Source of the DNA: Alphaproteobacteria bacterium
GTDB taxonomy: Bacteria; Pseudomonadota; Alphaproteobacteria; CAAHEQ01; UBA3637
DNA: 64,000 bases
Assembly: GCA_045605805.1 (NCBI GenBank)
Contig: JAZUQR010000010.1
Coordinates: 1-64,000, forward strand
Direction of reading: 5' to 3'
Positions 28,721-41,807 of this stretch are shown here, piece by piece. The position numbers were made by a program, and so were the translations under genes. Numbering within the stretch: the first letter of the stretch is position 1; every line of letters starts with the position of its first letter. The notes beneath the pieces were generated by a model. The model had not been told where the DNA came from. It saw nothing but the letters and a program-made list of their open reading frames with translations, and searched no databases.

Positions 28721-29182
28721 ATGGCTGGAAGCATAAATAAAGTTATTTTGGTTGGTAATTTGGGACGTGATCCAGAAGTGCGCCACACAACGACGGGGGC
28801 AAAAATTGTTCATTTATCCGTTGCTACATCTGATGTGTGGAAAGACAAAAACGGTGAACGCCAAGAAAAAACTGAGTGGCATCGTGTTGTCATTTTTAAT
28901 GCGAACTTGGCCGATTTTGCTGAACGCAACCTGAAAAAAGGTTCAAAAGTTTATGTAGAAGGTGCTTTACAGACACGCAAGTTCCAAGATGCCTCTGGTC
29001 AAGACAAGTTTTCCACAGAAATCGTGTTGGGTTCCTATCGTGGAGAGTTGGTTGTTTTGGAAGGTCGGGCTGATTCGTTTGCCGCTTCTGAAAATGCAGA
29101 TGGTGCCGAGCCTGTGGCCGATGCCGGTTGGGATTCCGCCCCAACAGGTGCCGAAGGTTTTAATGACGAGATTCCTTTTTAA
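28721..29182 (+). CDS. ssb: Single-stranded DNA-binding protein
   Basis: [29 protein letters not shown]-terminal DEIPF. Confidence 0.98.
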   Translation: MAGSINKVILVGNLGRDPEVRHTTTGAKIVHLSVATSDVWKDKNGERQEKTEWHRVVIFNANLADFAERNLKKGSKVYVEGALQTRKFQDASGQDKFSTEIVLGSYRGELVVLEGRADSFAASENADGAEPVADAGWDSAPTGAEGFNDEIPF

Positions 29183-29196
29183 GAAAGGCTTGTGTG

Positions 29197-29559
29197 ATGA
29201 CAGTTTTATATAAAGCAGGTGATTCGGATACCCGCCCTTGGGGAACTTGGGAAGTTTTAGCTGTGGGCGAAGGTTATATTGTAAAACGCATTATGGTTTT
29301 ACCGCACAAAAAACTTTCTTTACAATCTCACCATTTCAGATCAGAACATTGGATTATGGTGGCTGGCGAAGGTCAAGTGACTTTGGGTGAAGAAACAAAA
29401 ACCGTTTCTGCCAACGAAGCTGTTTTTATTGAAAAAGAACAAAAACATCGCATGGAAAATGCTTCGGACGAATCGCTGACTTTTATTGAAGTTCAAACAG
29501 GGGATACTTTGGACGAATCGGATATTGTTCGTTATCAAGACGATTATGGTCGTTCATAA
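29197..29559 (+). CDS. Stand-alone cupin, mannose-6-phosphate isomerase type II C-terminal domain
   Basis: RPWG, LSLQSHHFRSEHW, HRMEN, IEVQTG..LDESDIVRYQDDYGR. Confidence 0.9.
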   Translation: MTVLYKAGDSDTRPWGTWEVLAVGEGYIVKRIMVLPHKKLSLQSHHFRSEHWIMVAGEGQVTLGEETKTVSANEAVFIEKEQKHRMENASDESLTFIEVQTGDTLDESDIVRYQDDYGRS

Positions 29560-29738
29560 AAAAATGTCTGTTGTATTTTTGCTTAAAACACATTAAAAAA
29601 CAACCCTTAAACCCTCTTTTCAAAAAGGGGGTTCTTTTTTGGATTTTTTTGCTTATTTTTAAGTTTTTTTCCTTGCTTTTTTAATTGGAAAATGCTAGGC
29701 TGATTTTATATAAAAACATCAGATGAAACGAGGATAAA

Positions 29739-32546
29739 ATGACCGAAGAAATGAAAAACGAAACTGCTTTATCAACCGGCACTGTGACAAATGATATTTT
29801 CCAAACCGCCATTGAAGATGAAATGCGTAAATCTTATTTAGATTACGCCATGAGTGTGATTGTGGCTCGTGCTTTACCGGATGTGCGTGATGGTTTGAAG
29901 CCCGTTCATCGCCGTATTTTATTCTCTATGCACGAAAACGGTTATGATTATAACAAACCTTTCCGAAAATCTGCCCGTATCGTGGGAGATGTGATGGGTA
30001 AATATCACCCCCATGGTGACAGCTCTATTTATGAAGCTATGGTGCGTATGGCGCAAGATTTTTCTATGCGTGTTCCTTTAATCAGTCCGCAGGGCAACTT
30101 CGGTTCCATGGATGGTGACAAAGCTGCCGCCATGCGTTATACAGAAGCCAGATTAGCCCAATCTGCCCATTGGTTATTGGAAGATATTGACCGTGACACG
30201 GTGGATTTTATGCCTAACTATGACGAAACTTGTGAAGAACCTGTGGTTTTGCCGGCTCGTTTCCCGAATATCTTAGTGAACGGTTCGGGTGGTATTGCCG
30301 TGGGTATGGCCACCAATATGCCACCACATAATATGGCCGAGGTTTTATCTGCCTGTGTGGCAACCATTGACAACCCAGAAATTACAATTGATGAATTGAT
30401 TTCTTATGTACCTGCCCCTGACTTTCCAACAGGCGGTGTGATTTTGGGTCGGGGTGGTGCTCGCTCTGCATATGAAACTGGGCGTGGTTCGGTGATTATG
30501 CGGGGACGCTGTTCCATTGAAGAAATCAAAAAAGACAAAACGGCCATTGTGGTGACAGAAATCCCTTATCAAGTGAACAAGGCCGAGATGATTATGAAGA
30601 TTGCTCAACTTGTTAAAGACAAGGTGATTGAAGGCATTTCTGATTTGCGTGATGAATCTGACCGTCAAGGGGTGCGGGTTGTTATTGAGCTTAAAAAAGA
30701 TGCCTTCCCTGATGTGATATTAAATCAACTTTACAAATATACACCTTTACAGACCAGTTTTGGGATGAATATGCTTGCTTTGAACAATGGGCGACCAGAA
30801 TTGATGAACTTGAAACAAATCATCAAGGCCTTTTTGAATTTCAGAGAAGAAGTGGTTCGCAGAAGAACGGCCTTTGAATTAAACAAGGCCCGTGACAGAG
30901 CGCATGTTTTGGTGGGGTTGGCCATTGCGGTTGCCAATTTGGACAAAGTTGTTGAAATGATTAAAACAGCTCCGGATCCAACTGTGGCCAAAGAACAATT
31001 GATGAATGAACGCTGGGCCGCCAAGGATGTGGAAATGCTTGTTCAATTGATTGACGAGCCTGACCGTAAAGTTGAAAATGGCATTTATATGATGAGTGAA
31101 GCCCAAGCCAAGGCGATTTTGGAATTGAAGCTCAGCCGTTTAACCGGTTTGGAGCGGGACAAGATTCACGAAGAAGTGGGCGAATTAGCGGCTTTAATCC
31201 GTGGCTATTTGGATACCCTATCCAGCCACGAAAAGATTTTGGCTATCATTCGTGAAGAATTATTGGCTGTGAAGGCTCAATTCCCAGAAGAACGCAGAAC
31301 AACTATTGAAGATGCCGAATTTGAACAGGATATGGAAGATTTAATTCCTCGGGAACAGATGGTTGTGACGACTACCAACACTGGTTATATCAAACGGGTG
31401 AACCTAAACACCTATCGGACGCAAAATCGGGGTGGTAAAGGTCGGGCCGGTATGTCCACCCGTGATGAAGATACGGTGACGAACTTGTTTGTGGCCTGTA
31501 CGCACAGTCCATTGTTATTCTTCTCTACACGGGGGATTGTGTATAAGTTAAAAACCTATCGTTTGCCAGAAGGCAGCCCTCAAAGTTTGGGCAAGGCTTT
31601 AATCAACTTGTTGCCTTTACAACAAGGGGAAACCATTACTACCATTTTAACTTTACCCGAAACCGAAGCAGAATGTGACAACTTGACTGTGATGTTTGCC
31701 ACAGCGGCCGGTACAGTCAGACGCAACAAGCTGTCTGATTTCTGGCGGGTCAATCAAAATGGTAAAATTGCCATGAAGTTGGACGAAGGCGACAAATTGG
31801 TGGGTGTTGTGATTTGTGACGACAATCAAGATATCTTGCTTTCTGCCAAAAACGGCAAATGCGTGCGTTTCCCTGTGGAAGATGTGCGTGTGTTTGCTTC
31901 TCGTGCCTCTACTGGTGTGCGGGGGATGAAGTTGGCCGATGGGGATGAAGTGATGTCTATGTCTGTGTTAAAACATGCCAAAGCCGACATTGACAAGCGG
32001 GATGCTTATTTGAAAGAAGCGGCTGCTCGTCGTCGTGCCGAAGGGGTGGCCACAGAAGATGATGTTGTTGAAACAGAATCCACTTTGAACACCGCTTTAA
32101 CCCCTGATGAGTTTGACAAGATGGCCTTGGATGAAGAGTTTGTTTTGACTTTAACTTCGGCCGGCTATGGCAAACGCACCAGTGCCTATGAATATCGTAT
32201 TACTTCCCGTGGCACACAAGGTGTGACCAACATCAAAACAGACGAAGGCAAGCGGGCGGCCGATGTGGTGGCCTCTATGCCTGTGAAAGCGGGGGATCAT
32301 TTGATGCTTGTGACAGACGGTGGACAATTGATTCGCACTCGGGTGGATGATATTCGCATTGCCGGACGTTCCACAATGGGCGTGATTGTATTCCGTTTAG
32401 GCAAAGACGAGAAAGTTGTTTCCGCTACCTGTATCAGCGACATGGGCGAAGAAGAAGCCGAAACAATTGAATCGGAAGAATTGACAACCGACACTCAACA
32501 ACCTATTATGAATGAACAAAATGAATCACAAAAGGAGAATATATAA
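29739..32546 (+). CDS. gyrA: DNA gyrase subunit A
   Basis: [29 protein letters not shown], GyrA-box QNRGGKG. Confidence 0.98.
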   Translation: MTEEMKNETALSTGTVTNDIFQTAIEDEMRKSYLDYAMSVIVARALPDVRDGLKPVHRRILFSMHENGYDYNKPFRKSARIVGDVMGKYHPHGDSSIYEAMVRMAQDFSMRVPLISPQGNFGSMDGDKAAAMRYTEARLAQSAHWLLEDIDRDTVDFMPNYDETCEEPVVLPARFPNILVNGSGGIAVGMATNMPPHNMAEVLSACVATIDNPEITIDELISYVPAPDFPTGGVILGRGGARSAYETGRGSVIMRGRCSIEEIKKDKTAIVVTEIPYQVNKAEMIMKIAQLVKDKVIEGISDLRDESDRQGVRVVIELKKDAFPDVILNQLYKYTPLQTSFGMNMLALNNGRPELMNLKQIIKAFLNFREEVVRRRTAFELNKARDRAHVLVGLAIAVANLDKVVEMIKTAPDPTVAKEQLMNERWAAKDVEMLVQLIDEPDRKVENGIYMMSEAQAKAILELKLSRLTGLERDKIHEEVGELAALIRGYLDTLSSHEKILAIIREELLAVKAQFPEERRTTIEDAEFEQDMEDLIPREQMVVTTTNTGYIKRVNLNTYRTQNRGGKGRAGMSTRDEDTVTNLFVACTHSPLLFFSTRGIVYKLKTYRLPEGSPQSLGKALINLLPLQQGETITTILTLPETEAECDNLTVMFATAAGTVRRNKLSDFWRVNQNGKIAMKLDEGDKLVGVVICDDNQDILLSAKNGKCVRFPVEDVRVFASRASTGVRGMKLADGDEVMSMSVLKHAKADIDKRDAYLKEAAARRRAEGVATEDDVVETESTLNTALTPDEFDKMALDEEFVLTLTSAGYGKRTSAYEYRITSRGTQGVTNIKTDEGKRAADVVASMPVKAGDHLMLVTDGGQLIRTRVDDIRIAGRSTMGVIVFRLGKDEKVVSATCISDMGEEEAETIESEELTTDTQQPIMNEQNESQKENI

Positions 32547-32920
32547 TGCTTTTATACGGACCAGAATGGATGCCAGATATCAAAAAAAACCTTCATGAAA
32601 AACGATTGGATGGGACTTTTCGTTATACCATTTCCCCCCTTTACAGAAGGGATGTCAATGCATACACCAAAGAGGCCATTCAAGGCTTACAAGCCATGTT
32701 AGCGGCAGACGGCATTCAATCTGTGCTTCACAGAGACAGAATTGCACAAGGCAAAATCCCCGCCAATACAGCCTATTTGGAAGTACGAGATTTGAAAAGT
32801 TTGAATAATTTGGAAACTAGATTAAAAAATGTGGGCATCAAGTTAGCTCCAGACCGTTTCCTTGAAAAAAAAGAACCTTCGGCTTTATTGATGAAGAAAA
32901 GGCGTCAAGGAGGTAGATAA
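32546..32920 (+). CDS. Hypothetical protein with basic C-terminus
   Basis: TAATG coupling to gyrA with AAGGAG RBS; no recognisable family. Confidence 0.7.
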   Translation: MLLYGPEWMPDIKKNLHEKRLDGTFRYTISPLYRRDVNAYTKEAIQGLQAMLAADGIQSVLHRDRIAQGKIPANTAYLEVRDLKSLNNLETRLKNVGIKLAPDRFLEKKEPSALLMKKRRQGGR

Positions 32921-32921
32921 A

Positions 32922-33122
32922 ATGTGTCCTTGCCCTGTTTGTACCGGTTTATTGATTTTGCTGTGTCCGTTGTTGCTGTGGAAAAAACCACGGCAATGGC
33001 TGAACAAAAAAATCAACAAACATCACAAGGGATGTGTGACCTGTCAAAAGGCCGAGCATCACCATTGCCAACAAGAACATATTCCTTGTACTTGCGAAAA
33101 GTGTTCGCCTCATAAAAAATAG
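32922..33122 (+). CDS. Small Cys/His-rich protein with one hydrophobic segment
   Basis: AGGAGG RBS at 32908-32913; 10 Cys and 7 His in 66 aa. Confidence 0.6.
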   Translation: MCPCPVCTGLLILLCPLLLWKKPRQWLNKKINKHHKGCVTCQKAEHHHCQQEHIPCTCEKCSPHKK

Positions 33123-33333
33123 TTTTATCCGCAAAAAACTTATATATCCCCTTATTCGCCATTCTACACAAGCAGCTTCCCCTTTTTTCCAGCGACAAAG
33201 CCTGTTAGTTTTGATTCAACCTCACACACAGGAATCTTATTGCCTTTTGAATGTTTTCTTAAAACATTGCTTGTGGAGATAGCTGTTATCCTAGTGTTTT
33301 TTCTGTTTATCCTTTTCTTCCAAGAATGTCAAT

Positions 33334-33364
33334 AAAAAAAGCGGCACAAAATGCACCGCTTTTT
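33334..33364 (-). terminator. groEL terminator
   Basis: On minus strand AGCGGTGCA-TTT-TGTGCCGCT followed by T tract. Confidence 0.75.
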
Positions 33365-33384
33365 GTTGTTGAGAAAGGTGGTGT

Positions 33385-35160
<1,776 letters not shown>

Positions 35161-35162
<2 letters not shown>

Positions 35163-35448
35163 ATTCCAAAATGCCGAACACTTCGGATTCTTTCATAATG
35201 ACCAAGTCCTGACCATCTATTTTGACTTCTGTGCCAGACCATTTACCAAACAAAACTCTGTCCCCAACTTTTAAGGTCATAGGGATTTCATGGCCGGCCT
35301 CATCACGACCACCAGGGCCAACAGAAACAACCATCCCTTGTGACGGTTTTTCTTTGGCTGTATCTGGAATAATAATACCGCCGGCGGTTCTGTTTTCTTC
35401 TTCAATGCGTTTGATTACAACACGATCTAATAATGGTTTTAATTGCAT
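35161..35448 (-). CDS. groES: Co-chaperonin GroES
   Basis: [33 protein letters not shown]. Confidence 0.98.
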
Positions 35449-35475
35449 GTACATTCTCCTTGTTTTGTACCATAA

Positions 35476-35505
35476 AGTATATAGTATCTTTGGGAAAAAT
35501 GTCAA
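35476..35505 (-). promoter_or_regulatory. Sigma70-type promoter of groESL; no CIRCE seen
   Basis: Minus-strand TTGACA-N18-TATACT. Confidence 0.65.
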
Positions 35506-35511
35506 GTCTTT

Positions 35512-36105
35512 CTAGAACAATTTTATCAAGAAAAAAGCCCCTATCAGCAACACAAAAAACAAAATGCTGAGCCAACCAAGATTTTTTTCAATGTATTTTT
35601 GCATCGGTTCGCCCCATTTATATAATGCTGCTGCCACCAAGAAAAAGCGAAAACCTCGTCCTAGCATTGAAATCATCATAAAAAGGGCAAAGTTCATGTG
35701 CATCACACCACTTGTTATGGTGATTAGTTTATAAGGGAAAGGCGTTATTCCTGCCCCCAAAACAATCCATGCCCCATGCGCAATATAGGCTTGTTTCACA
35801 GTTTCAAACTCGTCCATCCAACCACACCAATTCAAAAACGGAATGGCCACAGCATCATACAAAAACATTCCAATTACATAACCAAAGGCACCGCCAAGCA
35901 CACTGAACAATGTGCACAAAAAAGCAATTTGAAAGGCTTTTTGACGCTGTTTCAAAATCAAGGGTATCATCAACACATCCGGTGGAATTGGAAAAAAAGA
36001 ACTTTCGGCAAAAGACAGTCCGCACAAAGCAGCAATCGCCCCTTTTCCAGACATCATTGACATTGTTTTATCATATAGCCAGCGCATCCCTTTTGTCCAA
36101 GTCAT
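35512..36105 (-). CDS. YqaA/DedA-family (VTT domain) membrane protein
   Basis: SFAESSFFPIPPDVLMIP, GITPFPYK, GRGFRFF. Confidence 0.9.
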   Translation of the reverse strand: MTWTKGMRWLYDKTMSMMSGKGAIAALCGLSFAESSFFPIPPDVLMIPLILKQRQKAFQIAFLCTLFSVLGGAFGYVIGMFLYDAVAIPFLNWCGWMDEFETVKQAYIAHGAWIVLGAGITPFPYKLITITSGVMHMNFALFMMISMLGRGFRFFLVAAALYKWGEPMQKYIEKNLGWLSILFFVLLIGAFFLIKLF

Positions 36106-36179
36106 TTTTCCCCTTTACAATTACGATTTTTTATTCTTAAATAATGTTGATATTTTATTTTATCTTGAAAGGAATTGCA

Positions 36180-36656
36180 ATGAAAAAAATACTCTGTGCT
36201 TTTTGTTTAACCGTTTCGGCCCTTGGGCTTACCGCTTGTGGAATTGGGGATACCAATACAACCTATCAACGCTATGAAATCGGGCAACAAGGTGTGGTTT
36301 CTACCGGACAAATTATAGCAATCAATCAAATTCAAACTGCTGGACAAAATGACATCGGCTCTTTGGGTGGTGCTATTGCTGGTGGAGCAGCAGGCAGTAT
36401 GATTGGTGGAAATACGGCCGTCAATATCATTGGTGCAACAGGTGGTGCTATTTTAGGTGGCCTTTTAGGTAGCAAAACACAAGAAGCCTTAACAAAAGAC
36501 ATGGCTTATGAGTTTATTGTACGCAAATCCAACGGTCAGATGATTAGTATTGTTCAGTCAAACGAATTACATTTACGAGTTGGTGATCAAGTTTTATTAT
36601 CAACAGTGAATGGCACAACTCGCATTCGTCAACAATTGGAAAGTTATCCTTATTAG
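36180..36656 (+). CDS. SlyB-like glycine-zipper outer membrane lipoprotein
   Basis: Lipobox LTAC, GxxxG zipper, ISIVQ...LRVGDQV. Confidence 0.85.
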   Translation: MKKILCAFCLTVSALGLTACGIGDTNTTYQRYEIGQQGVVSTGQIIAINQIQTAGQNDIGSLGGAIAGGAAGSMIGGNTAVNIIGATGGAILGGLLGSKTQEALTKDMAYEFIVRKSNGQMISIVQSNELHLRVGDQVLLSTVNGTTRIRQQLESYPY

Positions 36657-36670
36657 TTTTTCTTATTCAC

Positions 36671-36703
36671 AAAAAAATCCCCGACTTTAATCGGGGATTT
36701 TTT
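36671..36703. terminator. Bidirectional terminator (CCCCGA...TCGGGG type)
   Basis: AAAAAAATCCCCGA-CTTTAA-TCGGGGATTTTTT. Confidence 0.8.
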
Positions 36704-36706
36704 ATT

Positions 36707-39700
36707 TTATTCGGCCGATGCAAGAGCCATTTCTTTGGCGGTCACATAGTCAAACTTACCCGTTCCCAACAAGGGTGGTTCGTTTGTTGTGATAATGCGT
36801 GACGGCAAGCCCAATTCGGTCATCCCTACCCGTTTGAATAATTCAATCAACCGTTCTTTTGTGATTTCCTTACTTGTGGTAATCAGAACAATTTGTTCGC
36901 CTTTCTTTTCATCAGGAATGTTCACAGCCCCGCTGATAACATCCGGAAACTCTTTGGCGATTGTTTGTTCCACTGCCAACAAAGACACCATTTCTCCACC
37001 AATTTTGGCAAAGCGTTTGCAACGACCTTTAATGAAAATAAAACCATCTTCATCCACCGTGACGATATCACCCGTATCATACCAACCGTCTTGGGGTGGG
37101 TCTAATTTAAGCGGTTCGCTGTGACGCATATAGCCTTGCATTACATTAGGGCCTTTTAACCACAATTCGCCCCCTTCAGTAATCCCTTCCACAGGCACGA
37201 GTTTATATTCTATCCCAGGCACTAAACGCCCCACAGAGCCACCTTTTTGATGCAAGAAAGTGTTGACAGAAATAATTGGAGAACATTCGGTTGCACCATA
37301 GCCTTCCAATACGCGCACACCGAACTTTTCCTGCCACACTTTGCGGGTTTCATCTTTGATTTTTTCGGCTCCCCCTGCTACAATCCGCAATGTATTAAAG
37401 TCGTACGGATTGGCACAACGGGCATAGCCAGACAAGAATGTATCCGTTGAAAAGAATATCGTTGCCCGACAGCTTGCCGCAATTTCCGGAATAATTCGGT
37501 AATGCAACGGGGTGGGATACATAAAACTTTTTAACCCATATATCAAGGGTAAGAATGTACCTACCGTTAAACCAAACGAGTGGAACATCGGCAAACAGTT
37601 TAACATCACATCTTCGTCTGTCACATCAAAGCGTGACCACACCTGCAAACAGTTGGACAAGATATTTTTATGTGTTAAAAACACCGCTTTTGGTAATCCT
37701 TCCGACCCAGAGGTGAACAAGATGACCGCTGTATCGTTTGGTGTGGTTTTCATATTCTTTTTTGTTTGGTGATACAGTTTTTTTGGACACAACGCCCCCC
37801 AAACACCCATCACTTTATCCCATGTTTTCAAAAGCGGTTTTACATCTTCCAAATACAGGATTTTCACATCATTTTTTTGCAATTCTTCCACCACAGGTTC
37901 CAACTTGGCAAGCAGGACAACTTTTTTGGCGGTAATCACGGTTTCAATGCCCACTGTTTTACAAGTGGCCACAATGGATTTCACCCCGCTTGTGAAGTTT
38001 ATCATAGCGGGCACTTTGCCCATGGCGTGAAGCCCCATCACCGTTAAAGCACAGGTGTTAGATGTTGGTATCATAACGCCCATCACTTTATCCTTTGGAC
38101 AGGCTTTTTGAATCAAGCGTCCCAACACAAATGATTTTAAGAACATCATCATATATTTAACCGGTTTTCGTTCTGTATCTTCCAAAACGAACTTGCCACG
38201 ACCACGCATTTTCATCCCATCCGCCACCGCATCAAACACTGTTCTGTTCAGGTCGTATGTATCAAATTGCATTTGTGTAATCACATCATACAATTTTGAC
38301 GAACACTTCTCTCGTTTTTCCCGATTTGGCATGTCATCAGGACATTCAAAAGACACCGGTGGCAACACACTTAAAGTGATTTTTGGAAACCATCTGCGCT
38401 CACAATGACGGCCAATCACTCGTGAAAAGAGGGTATAACACGCCCCTTGAATACGAATTGGCACAACTGGGGCATCTGCCATCATCGCCATCATAGCAGG
38501 CCCTTCGTAAATCTTCATCCGGCTGTTGCCACCTTCTACTACCCCTTGCGGAAAAATCATGCACAGTTTATCTTGACGCAATTCTTCCACCATGGCTTTC
38601 ACAGCTAACGGGCTTCTGGCATCCAGAGGTTTAACATCCACCAAACTTGTCATAAACTTTACAACCAACTTATTCATTTTTTGTTCGCTGATGGTGAAAA
38701 CAATTTGTCTGTCTATAAAGGCAGAAATCAACAACACATCCATATATGAGGTATGATTGGTCACAATCAATGCTCGTTTGCCGGCTTTTTCAAGATTGTC
38801 CAACCCTTCAATTTTTGTGCGGAAAAACAGTTTTAACACTCGTCGCACCAATTGCCGTCTTTTCACAACAGGCAACAGGCGCACCATATAAGCTGTGACA
38901 AACAAGTTTAAGATAGCAAACACAATGATCGTATCCAATAAACGCAAGCCGATTAAACGCAAGCTGAGAACTAAAAGCAAGGCGCCTGCCACTGACATAG
39001 CGTTGATTAAACCGCTGAACGACATCATACGCCCCATCACTTTTTTTGGGGTACTTTTTTGCAACAATGTGTAAAACGGAATGGCATACATGGCGAACAA
39101 AACGCCCATCGCAAACACATCCACAATCACACGCCAATAGCGACCATGCTGTGTCAGCAATTTGAAAATTGTAATGGCTTTATTGACCTCTATATTTGCC
39201 AAGGCCCGAGAGGCAAAAGCAAAATCAAACAAAGCAACAGAAATAAGTGTGCCAACCCAGATCACTTGTGCCCCAAGAGGTTTTCGTTTGGCCAGATAAA
39301 CACTTAAAAAACTGCCCACAAAATAGCCAATTGGGAAAACGCCTGCCGTTAAAAAGGCCACCACTGACCAGCGGGCTTTCAAAATGCTTTGACCATATTC
39401 ACCAGACAGCATCAACACCAAAACGCCCACAACCCAAAACCATGCAATCCCTATCAAATAGGCCCATTTGTCATATTCAAATCGCAATGTTTTGTTTAAC
39501 TGAGCAAACACATCCATCGGATTATGAACCAATGGCGCAGAAGCATCCACTGGTTTTTGAGATGGCAACAAGGCTGTCACGCCAACACTGACAAATGACA
39601 ACGCAACAATAGACAAGCACATCCAATTTGGTGTCACATTATCCTTTAACACCATGGACAGCGCAACCGCAGCCACAGATGAACCAAACACGGCCACACT

Positions 39701-40129
39701 TTTAATCCATGCATTTGCTTTTACCCATTTTTTTTCAACAACCAAATCTGGTATCAAGGCATAATTTGCCACACGAATAACAGACGACAAAAAGCCCATC
39801 ACCCCCGCAATCAACATAAATAATGTGGCCGATTCCCAACCCGAAGCTAACCATGCTGTGGCAGCCACAAATACTTCCATTATGCGTGCAAGCAACAAAA
39901 ACTTCTTTTTGGATATCTTATCAGCCCAATTGCCTGCAAAGGTGCTGCCCACACAGAATGTGAGTGCAAAAAATATCGTTGACGGAATCACCACTGCCGG
40001 CACAGACAGTACCATTTGATAGGTGACGAAAAAGATGAATAATGTTCTTACAAACGATTCGGTCAATGCCGATAAAAAATGTGAAGCCAACAAAGGCGAA
40101 AAGCGTTTATTTAACAAATGTTCCCTCAT
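36707..40129 (-). CDS. aas: Trifunctional MFS (LplT-like) / lysophospholipid acyltransferase / acyl-ACP synthetase
   Basis: N-terminal multi-TM MFS; NHTSYMD acyltransferase motif; FTSGSEGLPK, EGYGATE, YDTGD adenylation motifs. Confidence 0.92.
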   Translation of the reverse strand: MREHLLNKRFSPLLASHFLSALTESFVRTLFIFFVTYQMVLSVPAVVIPSTIFFALTFCVGSTFAGNWADKISKKKFLLLARIMEVFVAATAWLASGWESATLFMLIAGVMGFLSSVIRVANYALIPDLVVEKKWVKANAWIKSVAVFGSSVAAVALSMVLKDNVTPNWMCLSIVALSFVSVGVTALLPSQKPVDASAPLVHNPMDVFAQLNKTLRFEYDKWAYLIGIAWFWVVGVLVLMLSGEYGQSILKARWSVVAFLTAGVFPIGYFVGSFLSVYLAKRKPLGAQVIWVGTLISVALFDFAFASRALANIEVNKAITIFKLLTQHGRYWRVIVDVFAMGVLFAMYAIPFYTLLQKSTPKKVMGRMMSFSGLINAMSVAGALLLVLSLRLIGLRLLDTIIVFAILNLFVTAYMVRLLPVVKRRQLVRRVLKLFFRTKIEGLDNLEKAGKRALIVTNHTSYMDVLLISAFIDRQIVFTISEQKMNKLVVKFMTSLVDVKPLDARSPLAVKAMVEELRQDKLCMIFPQGVVEGGNSRMKIYEGPAMMAMMADAPVVPIRIQGACYTLFSRVIGRHCERRWFPKITLSVLPPVSFECPDDMPNREKREKCSSKLYDVITQMQFDTYDLNRTVFDAVADGMKMRGRGKFVLEDTERKPVKYMMMFLKSFVLGRLIQKACPKDKVMGVMIPTSNTCALTVMGLHAMGKVPAMINFTSGVKSIVATCKTVGIETVITAKKVVLLAKLEPVVEELQKNDVKILYLEDVKPLLKTWDKVMGVWGALCPKKLYHQTKKNMKTTPNDTAVILFTSGSEGLPKAVFLTHKNILSNCLQVWSRFDVTDEDVMLNCLPMFHSFGLTVGTFLPLIYGLKSFMYPTPLHYRIIPEIAASCRATIFFSTDTFLSGYARCANPYDFNTLRIVAGGAEKIKDETRKVWQEKFGVRVLEGYGATECSPIISVNTFLHQKGGSVGRLVPGIEYKLVPVEGITEGGELWLKGPNVMQGYMRHSEPLKLDPPQDGWYDTGDIVTVDEDGFIFIKGRCKRFAKIGGEMVSLLAVEQTIAKEFPDVISGAVNIPDEKKGEQIVLITTSKEITKERLIELFKRVGMTELGLPSRIITTNEPPLLGTGKFDYVTAKEMALASAE

Positions 40130-40286
40130 AAAAAAACTCCTTAATTCTTTTGTTTAGTTTGCCCTATTATATCACAATCAAAAAAAAATGCAAACAGCTT
40201 TCTCTTTACTGTGGAAAAAACGCTTGTTTTACGAGGGGTTTTCCTGTATAATCTATATTCAGATTTAATAAAAGGATATTTTGACT

Positions 40287-41807
40287 ATGATTTCTTGCAC
40301 CCATTCTGTAGCCTTTTCAGGTATTGATGTTCTGAAAATAAGCATTGAGGTTCAAATCACCAATGGACTTCCCAGTTTCAGCATTGTCGGCCTTGGCGAT
40401 AAAGCTATTGCCGAAAGCCGAGAACGAGTGCGTGCCGCTTTACATGCTATTGGTTTGTCTTTGCCCGCCAACCATATTACCGTCAATTTGGCACCGGCTG
40501 ATGTTGTGAAAGAAGGAACGCATTTTGATTTACCGATTGCCATTGCTTTGATGGGGGCGATGGGGATTTTAGAGCCTGAATCTATTTTTAATTATTTGAT
40601 GATGGGTGAACTTGGTCTTGATGGTACCATTCGTCCTGTATCTGGTATTTTACCGGCCAGCGTGGCCGCAACCTCGTATGAAATGGGCTTTGTTTGTCCA
40701 CAAGAGCAAGGGCCGGAAGCACTATGGTCGGGTAATGAAGCGATTTTAGCCCCACATACTTTGTTGGATTTTCTTAATCATCTTAAAGGTCATCAAGTTT
40801 TAACGCCACCACAACCTGTTTCTCCCCAAAATGCAGAAAGCTCGGCTTTGCTGGATATGAAAGACATCAAGGGGCAAGAAAGTGCCAAACGAGCTTTGGA
40901 AATTGCAGCCGTTGGTGGGCATAATATGCTTATGGTTGGACCACCAGGGTCTGGCAAATCAATGTTGGCTGCCCGTTTACCTTCTATTTTACCGCCCCTT
41001 TCTACCATAGAAATGCTGGAAGTCAGCAAAATCCATTCTGTTGCCGGTTTGTTAAAAGACGGCCAATTGGTGACAACTCGGCCATTTCGGGCACCACACT
41101 ATAATGCCAGCACACCGGCTATGGTTGGGGGTGGCTTAAAGGCCAAACCTGGTGAGATTTCTTTGGCCCACAGAGGTGTTTTGTTTTTGGATGAATTACC
41201 CGAGTTTTCCCGTCAGACATTAGAGGCCTTACGCCAACCTTTGGAAACAGGTGAAGTGGCTGTGGCACGGGCTAATTCACATATTACCTATCCAGCCAGA
41301 TTTCAATTTGTGGCGGCCATGAACCCATGTCGTTGCGGCTATCTTGGTGTGCCAGGGCATGAATGCGCCAGAGCCCCCAGATGCGCCCAAGAATATCAAT
41401 CTAAAATCTCCGGCCCATTATTGGACCGCATTGACATTCAAATTGAGGTGCCACTTATCAATCCGTGGCAACTGGGGCAATTGGAAGGCAAAGAAGATTC
41501 TGCCACCATTTTGAATCGGGTTTTAAGCGTGCGTGCTTTTCAAGGAAATCGCTTTAAGAATCTGCCCATTTACACCAATGCCCAAGCAGACGGCAAGCTT
41601 TTGGAACAGATGGCCAATTTATCGGATGAAGCTCGCCAAGAATTGATTCGGGTGGCCGAACAACTTCATCTTTCCGGTCGTGGCTTTCATCGGATGATTC
41701 GTGTGGCACGCACTATTGCCGATATGGACTTTTCAGAGGTGATTTTGAAAGTTCACATGGAAGAAGCGCTGTCATACAGAAAATCATATGCCAAAGGGGA
41801 GTTTTAA
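40287..41807 (+). CDS. comM: ComM/YifB Mg-chelatase-like AAA+ ATPase
   Basis: ESRERVRAA, NLAPAD, GPPGSGKSM, RPFRAPH, GVLFLDELPEF, AMNPCRCG. Confidence 0.93.
   Translation: MISCTHSVAFSGIDVLKISIEVQITNGLPSFSIVGLGDKAIAESRERVRAALHAIGLSLPANHITVNLAPADVVKEGTHFDLPIAIALMGAMGILEPESIFNYLMMGELGLDGTIRPVSGILPASVAATSYEMGFVCPQEQGPEALWSGNEAILAPHTLLDFLNHLKGHQVLTPPQPVSPQNAESSALLDMKDIKGQESAKRALEIAAVGGHNMLMVGPPGSGKSMLAARLPSILPPLSTIEMLEVSKIHSVAGLLKDGQLVTTRPFRAPHYNASTPAMVGGGLKAKPGEISLAHRGVLFLDELPEFSRQTLEALRQPLETGEVAVARANSHITYPARFQFVAAMNPCRCGYLGVPGHECARAPRCAQEYQSKISGPLLDRIDIQIEVPLINPWQLGQLEGKEDSATILNRVLSVRAFQGNRFKNLPIYTNAQADGKLLEQMANLSDEARQELIRVAEQLHLSGRGFHRMIRVARTIADMDFSEVILKVHMEEALSYRKSYAKGEF

Noticed and set aside
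29739-32546. GyrA quinolone-resistance changes or unusual C-terminal insertion
   Set aside because: [12 protein letters not shown] keeps Ser and an acidic residue; the CTD insertion is typical of alphaproteobacterial GyrA.
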